In this document: in pieces, positions 24,705 to 32,000 of the stretch
Numbering within the stretch: the first letter of the stretch is position 1
How the letters are laid out: each line of letters opens with the position of its first letter
Source: Promethearchaeota archaeon
GTDB lineage: Archaea; Asgardarchaeota; Lokiarchaeia; Sigyniarchaeales; Promethearchaeaceae
Assembly: GCA_016933055.1 (NCBI GenBank)
Contig: JAFGBS010000008.1
Coordinates: 1-32,000, forward strand
Direction: 5' to 3'
DNA: 32,000 nt
Made by a program: the position numbers and the translations under genes
The notes under the pieces: generated by a model
What the model saw: the letters and a program-made list of their open reading frames with translations, nothing else
The model's database searches: none
Told to the model about the DNA's origin: nothing

Positions 24705-27074
24705 TTGAAAGAAAAGTACGAGATCATAGTTATTGGAGCTGGACTTGGTGGTCTAACTGCTGCTGCTTTACTTGCTAAAAGAGGGTTGGATGTCTTAGTT
24801 ATAGAACAACATTTTTTGCCAGGTGGTGCATGCACCAGTTTTCGGAAACAAGATCGAATTTTTGATTGCGGTGCTGCAACAATTTTTGGCTTTGGAAAAG
24901 AGGGATTTAATCCCCTTCGATTCGTGATCAACGAGATTGAGGAAGAAATTGAGGTCATTCCTCGAAACATTTTCCATCGAATGTGGTTCTTGGGAGAGAA
25001 AATCTTATTTTGGAAAGATATGGATAAATATTTGAATGAGATTAGCCGCCTTTTTCCTGATCAAGAAGATGAATTGCGTAGTTTTTATGCATATATGAGA
25101 CAATTTTACAAAAAGTTCATCCAAAATCAAGATATGCTAACACCTGCTTCCGATATGTCATTATCCCAGAAAATGAAGATGTTTTTTCAGCGTCCCCTCG
25201 GAACTCTTAAGATTGCTTCTCTTCTCACGAAATCTGCTGGAGATATCCAGAAACCTTATTTAAAATCCCAGAAATTGAAGGAATTTTTTGACATGCTTTA
25301 TGCCGGTTATTCTTATACTTCTACAGATGAGACTCCCGCATTGATGGCATTAACGATGCTCACCGATAATCACACAGGTGGACCCGGATATATTGCTGGA
25401 GGAGCACAAGTCTATTCGAATAAATTAGAGCATGCGATTGAAAAATATCGGGGAACAATGCTATATCGTCATAAAGTAGAAAACATCTTAATGGATAACA
25501 AACATCGGGCATATGGAGTTAAACTTGATGATGGAACCGAGATTCTTGCGGACAGGATCATTTCAAATGCGATGGTATACAACTTATATGAACAACTCAT
25601 AGATTCTTCACATATAAAAAAACCCCAACTTAACTGGGTTAATAAATTAGAAAATACTTACCCCGCAATCGTAATGTATGCAGCAGTTAAAAAAGAAATT
25701 TTTCCGCCTGAAATCCACCCTGTTGAATATTTTATCTCAGATAGCTCCCAAATTGATGCAGGAGATATTATGTTGTACATTCCAGGATTAGAAGACGATT
25801 CGTTAGGACCTTCGGATGAATATGTAATCACAATTTTCTCTCCCGCTCCGAATCAACAGTGGCCATCCCCAAATGATCCCGAATACCAATCGAGAGAATA
25901 TCAACAGAAAAAAAAAAACATTGCGGATCAGATTATTAGTGAAATTGAGATTAGATTTCCTGGTTTCCAGGAGGGAATTACTATGTTATATATTTCTACT
26001 CCCAGCACCGTTGAACGGTATACTTTGAAGCGAGGAGGATGTGTTGGGGGTCCCAAACAATCCATTGGGCAAGAGTTAATGAAAAGATTGCATGCAAAAA
26101 CCGATTGGAAAAATCTTTATGCAGTTGGAGATTCCACCACAATGGGTATGGGAGTCCCAGCTGTAACCACATCAGGAATTGGTGCTACTAATGTAATATT
26201 ACGGGAATTGGGCAAAAAAGAATTTGTTCTACATCCTTTCGATAAGCAATATGTTACATTTATTAACCATAAGGCATCTCTCCCAAAAGTGATAAAATTT
26301 GATGAATCTGAAGAAAGCGCGAAGCTCTTAGCTAGGGAATGTCAACATTGCGAAACTCGACCGTGTAAAACCTGTCCTGCCGATATAGATATCCCGAATT
26401 TCATGAGGCGAATCGAAGAAGGCAATTTTTTAGGTGCATACACTCAAATTCGACATATGAATCCTTTCATGGAGATCTGTGGATATCTATGCCCTGCAGA
26501 AAAATATTGTCAAAAGAGCTGTTATCGAAACTCATTTTCGGATAAATCCGTCCGAATAAAAGAACTTCATCGTTGGTTGGGTGAACGATACAATTCAATG
26601 ACTCATACACCAATAAATCCCCCTAATGGTAGATCCATTGCAATTATCGGAGCTGGAGTGGATGGTCTCTCTTGTGCGTATTTTTTTGCTCAATTGGGAT
26701 ATAAAATTGCTGTGTATGAAAAAAACGCTGAACTTGGCGGACATTTATCGAATTTGATCCAAGAAGACAAGATTCCGAAAGAAGTAGTGGAACGAGAACT
26801 CAGCAGTATATTATTTAGCACCATAAAAATCCAAACGAATAAATCCATTTCCTTTGAAGATATAATTAAATTATCGCAACAATATGATGCAGTATATGTA
26901 TCTCCACACGATTTGCGAAATAACTTCAGCCTTACCTTCGATCTAAAACAATATCCAAACCTATTCACAAGTTCGGATGCTATCTCCCCTGAATTGAAAA
27001 GTGAAATAAGCCCCCTTGTTTTTCAATCCAGATTAAATGTACAAAAGATTCATACACATTTAAATTCAAGGTGA
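24705..27074 (+). CDS. CrtI/RetSat-like FAD oxidoreductase fused to a GltD/NfnB-type 2x[4Fe-4S] domain and a truncated Rossmann fold
   Basis: IGAGLGG...GGACTSF...FDCGA and NLYAVGDST..G.GVP; then CQHC....CKTCP, ICGYLCP....CQKSC and IIGAGVDGLSCA. The start may be ATT at 24687. Confidence 0.85.
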   Translation: MKEKYEIIVIGAGLGGLTAAALLAKRGLDVLVIEQHFLPGGACTSFRKQDRIFDCGAATIFGFGKEGFNPLRFVINEIEEEIEVIPRNIFHRMWFLGEKILFWKDMDKYLNEISRLFPDQEDELRSFYAYMRQFYKKFIQNQDMLTPASDMSLSQKMKMFFQRPLGTLKIASLLTKSAGDIQKPYLKSQKLKEFFDMLYAGYSYTSTDETPALMALTMLTDNHTGGPGYIAGGAQVYSNKLEHAIEKYRGTMLYRHKVENILMDNKHRAYGVKLDDGTEILADRIISNAMVYNLYEQLIDSSHIKKPQLNWVNKLENTYPAIVMYAAVKKEIFPPEIHPVEYFISDSSQIDAGDIMLYIPGLEDDSLGPSDEYVITIFSPAPNQQWPSPNDPEYQSREYQQKKKNIADQIISEIEIRFPGFQEGITMLYISTPSTVERYTLKRGGCVGGPKQSIGQELMKRLHAKTDWKNLYAVGDSTTMGMGVPAVTTSGIGATNVILRELGKKEFVLHPFDKQYVTFINHKASLPKVIKFDESEESAKLLARECQHCETRPCKTCPADIDIPNFMRRIEEGNFLGAYTQIRHMNPFMEICGYLCPAEKYCQKSCYRNSFSDKSVRIKELHRWLGERYNSMTHTPINPPNGRSIAIIGAGVDGLSCAYFFAQLGYKIAVYEKNAELGGHLSNLIQEDKIPKEVVERELSSILFSTIKIQTNKSISFEDIIKLSQQYDAVYVSPHDLRNNFSLTFDLKQYPNLFTSSDAISPELKSEISPLVFQSRLNVQKIHTHLNSR

Positions 27075-27080
27075 AAGAAT

Positions 27081-28442
27081 ATGGATGAGAGTCCCCTCCA
27101 TAAAAAATTTCAATTTTTGGAAGATTTAAAGGAATCTACGGAGTTTATCCGCACTTCTCGACCACTCAAATTATGTCTTTTATTGAATTTGATTTATGTA
27201 ATCGGAACTCTAATGGTTTTTTTTCTATCAGACTTCTTTTTACTTGCCCATGATTTCAGGATTTTTGGTCAATCTTCTAAAATTTTGTTGGATAATCCTA
27301 CAGATCTATATACATCTACAGATTATAGGTATCCTTTCCGTTATTTTCCCTTATTCTCATTTCTCAACATACCAATGTCTTTCCTTCCCTTTTCAGTTGG
27401 ATTTGTGATTCACACAATATTGATGGAAACTGTCCATATAGGGTCCTTCTATCTTATTTTAATTCTATGTAAGAAATTTTACCATTTGGATTTGTCTACT
27501 TGGCGGGAAATGCAATATCTAATACTCGCATTGGCTGCACCCTTACAAGTTCCAAATCTCATCATCGGACAGATCTCTGAAATTTATATCTTCTTAGTTT
27601 TACTTGCGGTTTTGTTTTTGGAAAATGCAAAAAACCCTAGATATGAACATAAATTTAACTTCTTTTTCGCTGGGGTGATGCTGGGGTTATCCATGATTTA
27701 TAAACCATTTTCTATTCTTCTATTACCGTTTTTATTTCCTATCTATCTAAATTTAAATAAAAAACACTTCAGCATAGACTTTAAGGCGATAATTCATGCT
27801 ATAACGGGATTTCTTTTACCTATTTCACCCAATTTGTACTATTGGATAAAATATCCTAATTATCTACCTGATTTTTTCGCAATAAATGCTTCAGCACAAA
27901 TCTTAGATTATCCTAGCACCAGCATCACGCGAATTATTACTTCAATTTTTGCCATGATAGGGATTCGATTCTCCGAATTCTGGTTTATGGTTGTTATTGT
28001 TCTTTTCTTATTTGGAATGATTTTTTTGTATTATATTCTACAGATTCCAGAAGATCGGAACTTCTCAGTGTATTTCGGATTCGCTATGTTGATATTGATG
28101 ATTAGCTACCCTGACTCGTGGTTCTTATATTTTCTCATTTGGTATATGATTACAGTACCCGGGCTTCTAAAGTACCGGTACATATTACAGAAATACAGAG
28201 GAGATTCCCAAGACAAGAGTTTTTCGCAAATCATCATTTATGTTGTGAGTAATTATGGAATCATTTATTTCACAATTGGAATTATACAAGCATTATTTAT
28301 AACAAAAAACGTATTTCAACCCTATTCTATTGATCTGATTCAACCAATTTCTTTAATATTACTAGCAATTGCCTTGTATATGCAGAATTTTAGAGTTAAT
28401 AAACACCTATTGCATAATGAAAAAAAATCGAAACCATTTTAA
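27081..28442 (+). CDS. GT87/DUF2029-like GT-C membrane glycosyltransferase
   Basis: DFRIF...LY...FRYFPLF, GQIS and GVMLGLSMIYKP motifs, 10 or more TMs; AGGTGA RBS 6 nt upstream. Confidence 0.72.
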   Translation: MDESPLHKKFQFLEDLKESTEFIRTSRPLKLCLLLNLIYVIGTLMVFFLSDFFLLAHDFRIFGQSSKILLDNPTDLYTSTDYRYPFRYFPLFSFLNIPMSFLPFSVGFVIHTILMETVHIGSFYLILILCKKFYHLDLSTWREMQYLILALAAPLQVPNLIIGQISEIYIFLVLLAVLFLENAKNPRYEHKFNFFFAGVMLGLSMIYKPFSILLLPFLFPIYLNLNKKHFSIDFKAIIHAITGFLLPISPNLYYWIKYPNYLPDFFAINASAQILDYPSTSITRIITSIFAMIGIRFSEFWFMVVIVLFLFGMIFLYYILQIPEDRNFSVYFGFAMLILMISYPDSWFLYFLIWYMITVPGLLKYRYILQKYRGDSQDKSFSQIIIYVVSNYGIIYFTIGIIQALFITKNVFQPYSIDLIQPISLILLAIALYMQNFRVNKHLLHNEKKSKPF

Positions 28443-28458
28443 AAAACGTGCGGAATTC

Positions 28459-30015
28459 ATGAATATGGATAAGTATGATGTTATCATTGTCGGAGCGGGT
28501 TTAGCTGGATTAACCTCAGCAGCATATCTGACGAAATATGAGAAGAAAGTATTAGTTCTGGAACAATTTAAGGATGTAGGAGGGTATTTTCGGAAATTTA
28601 CCGAGAAAGGTTATACATTTGATTCCGGAATAAAAGCTATAGAAGATGGTGGTATTCTCAAAGGAGTCATCAAAACGCTGGATTTAGAAAATAAAGTGCA
28701 ATTGCATCATAGTATAACGGGTATGATGTTTCCCGATAAATTAATTGCGTTATATTCGAGAAAAGAAATCAACCACTATTTTACCCATCTCCAAGAGAAA
28801 TTTCCGGAAGATGCACACGGGATTAAAGAAATCATGAAATTTGTTCGTGATATATCTGGATTGATTGATGCATTTCAAGGAATGTCAAATATTTTGTTCG
28901 GAAAAAATATTCTGAGTCTTTTATTTACTCCTTTTTACATTATCAGACATTTACGCTTTTTCATGAAAGTTGGGATTATGAAGAAGACTCTAAATACTGA
29001 CCTTATAGATTTCCTGCGAAGTCATGTGCACAATGAAAATTTGGTGAAATTACTGTCTCAGAAATTTTTTGATGGTACACCCGCTTTTTTTGGATTAGGG
29101 TACAGTCAGATTTTTCTGGATTATTACTACCCGACGGGGGGAATGCAGTCTATAACTGATGCACTCGCTTTTTACGTTACACAAAATGGAAATGAAATAC
29201 TCACTGAGTCTAAAGTGGAAAATTTAATTATTGAAGACGGGAAAGTAAAGGGAGTAGTTCTTTCGGATGGTGAAAGAATATTTTCTAAGGTTGTAGTGTA
29301 TGCTGGAGATGGATTTAAATTGTACAAAAACATAATTCCCGCACATTATCTATCCGAAAAACAGAAACATCAATTAAATAAGGCAAGACCATGTGAATCG
29401 AACTTTTCATTATTCTTAGGGTTGAACATGCCTACGGAAGCGCTTCCCTTTAATCAATGCGGTCATGTGTTTTATAATCCTAATTATATCGGTACCACAA
29501 TTCAAGATCGATATATTAATCCAAATTATTTTAAGCTAACCTCCCAAGAAATTTCGATTCCGACGATCTATGACCCTTATATGGCTCCCTCGGATAAATC
29601 TGTATTAAATATAAGCGTTGTTGCAGTTCCTGAATACAATAATTATTGGAATATGGTGAACGGTCAAAGAACTCCAGAATACAATCAATTAAAAAACAAT
29701 ATTGCTGATGATATTATAGATAACTTAGAAAAAATCATCCCCAACATTAGAGATCGCATAGAAGTGAAAATAACCGCAAGTCCATTTACCAATCAAGACT
29801 ATACCATGAACATTGGAGGTTCCATCACTGGTTGGAGTCAGAATCCAGATCATACTTTTAACAAAAAATCTATGATGGATATGAAAAAAATGATTGAGAC
29901 CCCCATCCAGAATCTCTATCATGTCGGACAATGGTCATTTACACCCGGTGGAGCCCCTACTTGCATGCTTGGAGGTGTTTTTTCAGCAGAGGCAATCAAT
30001 AAACAGCTAAAATAA
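28459..30015 (+). CDS. Phytoene desaturase/RetSat-like FAD oxidoreductase
   Basis: YDVIIVGAGLAG, GG...YTFDSG, YYPTGGMQSI, NLYHVGQWSFTPGGAP; true start at MNMDK (28459 or 28465), not 28369. Confidence 0.88.
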   Translation: MNMDKYDVIIVGAGLAGLTSAAYLTKYEKKVLVLEQFKDVGGYFRKFTEKGYTFDSGIKAIEDGGILKGVIKTLDLENKVQLHHSITGMMFPDKLIALYSRKEINHYFTHLQEKFPEDAHGIKEIMKFVRDISGLIDAFQGMSNILFGKNILSLLFTPFYIIRHLRFFMKVGIMKKTLNTDLIDFLRSHVHNENLVKLLSQKFFDGTPAFFGLGYSQIFLDYYYPTGGMQSITDALAFYVTQNGNEILTESKVENLIIEDGKVKGVVLSDGERIFSKVVVYAGDGFKLYKNIIPAHYLSEKQKHQLNKARPCESNFSLFLGLNMPTEALPFNQCGHVFYNPNYIGTTIQDRYINPNYFKLTSQEISIPTIYDPYMAPSDKSVLNISVVAVPEYNNYWNMVNGQRTPEYNQLKNNIADDIIDNLEKIIPNIRDRIEVKITASPFTNQDYTMNIGGSITGWSQNPDHTFNKKSMMDMKKMIETPIQNLYHVGQWSFTPGGAPTCMLGGVFSAEAINKQLK

Positions 30016-30066
30016 AATCATCCCTAACATTATTTCAAAAAATTAGCTAGAATCGGTACAAAGAAT

Positions 30067-31026
30067 ATGGATGAACTTACGAAATCCCCATCAAAGAAGA
30101 TGCGTGCCATCATAAGATGCCTTAGACCGCATCAATGGTATAAAAACGGTGTAATCCTATTAGGGATATTCTTTGGGGGTAAAATTTTGGATTATCATCT
30201 TTATCTGGAATTATTGGTAGGATTTATCACCTTAGGATTTGTGTCGTCCTTAAATTACCTTTTTAATGATCTTATAGATTATAGAAAAGATCAATCGCAT
30301 CCCGAAAAAAAAACTCGTCCTATAGCTGCGGGGAATATTAAAATAGGTAGTGCGGTAGGCATTGCCATAATTTTGATAATATTGATTGGTTTGGGAAACT
30401 GGGGAATTTATTTATTGTCATCTAAAGAGATCACCATTAATTTCAGCGCCATTTCACTTCTAATTATTATTCATGGATTATTTTACACTCTCTTATTCAA
30501 ACATTATGCAATTATCGATGTGTTGACCCTATCATTGTTTTACATATGGAGAACACTGGCGGGAATCTTTATTGCAGATGTTGTTTTCTCCCCATGGCTT
30601 TACCTCATCGTATTTTTAAGTGCATTATTACTCGCTGTAAATAAACGAAAAGCGGATCTACTTTTTTTGGGAAAGGAAAAAGCGATTCTACATAAACCAA
30701 TCTATAGTAAATATTCTACGACATTATTGACTCAAGTTTCAACCATAGCTGCAGTTGGTCTTTTTATGACTTATGCATTTTATTGTATTTTGGGTCCTTT
30801 GAGTGAATTTACTGGACCTGAATTACAAAATAATCAATATTTTATCTTATGCTCCATACCAATTGCGTTATATATCGTCCTACGTTATCTTTATATCGTC
30901 GAAACGAAACTTGAAGTAGCAAGAAAAGCAGAGAAAGCTCTATTTGACGTGGGGATTATAACGGGAGGTATAATATTAGTGATTGTGATTTACATTGCAA
31001 ATTATGTGCCTTTACCATTCTGGTAA
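30067..31026 (+). CDS. UbiA-family prenyltransferase, decaprenyl-phosphate phosphoribosyltransferase-like
   Basis: LRPHQWYKN, NDLIDYRKDQSHPEKKTRPIAAG, IIDV, KRKAD and YST motifs typical of the DPPR-synthase subfamily. Confidence 0.85.
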   Translation: MDELTKSPSKKMRAIIRCLRPHQWYKNGVILLGIFFGGKILDYHLYLELLVGFITLGFVSSLNYLFNDLIDYRKDQSHPEKKTRPIAAGNIKIGSAVGIAIILIILIGLGNWGIYLLSSKEITINFSAISLLIIIHGLFYTLLFKHYAIIDVLTLSLFYIWRTLAGIFIADVVFSPWLYLIVFLSALLLAVNKRKADLLFLGKEKAILHKPIYSKYSTTLLTQVSTIAAVGLFMTYAFYCILGPLSEFTGPELQNNQYFILCSIPIALYIVLRYLYIVETKLEVARKAEKALFDVGIITGGIILVIVIYIANYVPLPFW

Positions 31027-31049
31027 AATACCAATGATGATGAAAAATC

Positions 31050-32000
31050 ATGAAATCTGCTCAAATATACGTAAAACGAGTAACATCTAATACAATCCTC
31101 CAAGATTATGCAGACTTGATGGATTCGTCCAATTATACCAAATATTTCAAACCTTCAGAAAAAGTAATTGTTAAACTTAATTTATCTTGGTCGAAATATT
31201 TTCCCGCTTGCTCCTCTCCACCTTGGCAAGTGGATGGTGTGCTTGGGAAGTTAAAAGCCGATGGATTTACAGGCAAAGATATCTTTACCGCGGAGAATCG
31301 AACGGTTGTGACTAATATTAAAAAGGGTCTAATTGGAAACAAGTGGGAGCCTATTATTACTCGTCACAATTGTTATTTTGTTCCACTCACGCGTGTTCCC
31401 TTTGTTTCATTTCAATCTAAAATACCATTACTAGCATTGGATTCCAAGATTTTTCCCGAGGGTTTTTCTATTCCTAAATTATATATCGGAAAAAACATCA
31501 TTCATTTGCCAACCATGAAAACTCATGGTCATACAGGCGCACGAGGGGGTTCATTTTCTGACAAAAATCCCGAGATGCAAGGCGGGATAACATGTGCCAT
31601 AAAAAACTCTTTTGGGGGATTATTAACTAAACGAAGACATCATTCCCATGAATATATGAGTGAAGTGTTAGTGGATTTATTAATTATACAACAACAAATC
31701 CATCCAAACATTATGGCCATAGTAGATGGAACAGTAGCGGGGGATGGAGCAGGTCCTCGATGTTTGATTCCTCGAATTAAAAATACTATCCTTGCGGGAT
31801 ATGATCAAGTTGCAGTTGACGCTGTGGTTGCAAAATTAATGGGATTTGATCCCATGAAACTACCTTTCATTAAAATAGCTCATGATATGGGATTAGGCTG
31901 TGGTGATGTAGATCAAATAGAAATAATCGGTGAAGATATTAGAGGAGAAAATTGGGGGTTCAAAGCAAAAAGAAGCCTTGTTATTTGGGCAGATCAACAA
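31050..32000 (+). CDS. DUF362-family protein (runs off the window end; absent from the ORF track)
   Basis: ATG at 31050, open to 32000: KLNLSW, LPTMKTHGH, IKNSFGGLL, DGTVAGDGAGP, DQVAVDAVVAKLMGFDP. Confidence 0.88.
   Translation, partial: MKSAQIYVKRVTSNTILQDYADLMDSSNYTKYFKPSEKVIVKLNLSWSKYFPACSSPPWQVDGVLGKLKADGFTGKDIFTAENRTVVTNIKKGLIGNKWEPIITRHNCYFVPLTRVPFVSFQSKIPLLALDSKIFPEGFSIPKLYIGKNIIHLPTMKTHGHTGARGGSFSDKNPEMQGGITCAIKNSFGGLLTKRRHHSHEYMSEVLVDLLIIQQQIHPNIMAIVDGTVAGDGAGPRCLIPRIKNTILAGYDQVAVDAVVAKLMGFDPMKLPFIKIAHDMGLGCGDVDQIEIIGEDIRGENWGFKAKRSLVIWADQQ

Noticed and set aside
27069-27083. In-frame TGA junction between CrtI-FeS and GT87 as Sec or read-through site
   Set aside because: GT87 has its own ATG at ideal RBS spacing and the TGA is simply part of AGGTGA; this also shows that in-frame neighbours can arise from RBS geometry alone
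28369-28458. 30-aa N-terminal extension of the second CrtI-like ORF
   Set aside because: Overlaps the GT87 3' end; the FAD-binding motif begins right after Met at 28459/28465

Overview
AT-rich, gene-dense prokaryotic window. It is most likely archaeal and Asgard/Lokiarchaeia-like; this is inferred from GGTGA/GGAGG-type ribosome-binding sites, oligo-T 3' ends, an AOR-SCP2 fusion, duplicated acyl-CoA ligases and a C-terminally anchored solute-binding protein. I find 24 complete genes, one 3'-truncated gene (DUF362-like, missing from the ORF track) and one doubtful small ORF. No rRNA, tRNA, CRISPR array or transposase was recognised. Blocks: (1) small or unknown genes, tag and a membrane-anchored EEP hydrolase (1-3.8 kb); (2) Fe-ADH plus tungsten-type AOR with a C-terminal SCP2 lipid-binding domain; (3) CLC-CBS channel and a CubicO-like serine hydrolase; (4) a metal-uptake operon (SBP, permease, ATPase, TsaA-FmdE fusion, NikR) behind an 855-bp non-coding region with two ~48% GC structured islands and 8 copies of CTATCC/GGATAG; (5) two paralogous membrane proteins, two paralogous acyl-CoA ligases and a stand-alone E2/CAT-like acyltransferase; (6) two CrtI/RetSat-like flavoproteins (one fused to a GltD-type 2x[4Fe-4S] module), a GT87-like GT-C, a UbiA-family prenyl-phosphoribosyltransferase and DUF362. 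Best leads: the conserved AOR N-terminus has no ATG/GTG/TTG and lies in frame behind the only TAG stop in the window (AUA/AUU initiation or read-through); repeated signs of non-AUG starts; the structured, possibly switchable leader of the NikR operon; and several unusual lipid-metabolism fusions and modules. All family calls are by motif recognition only, with no database search.
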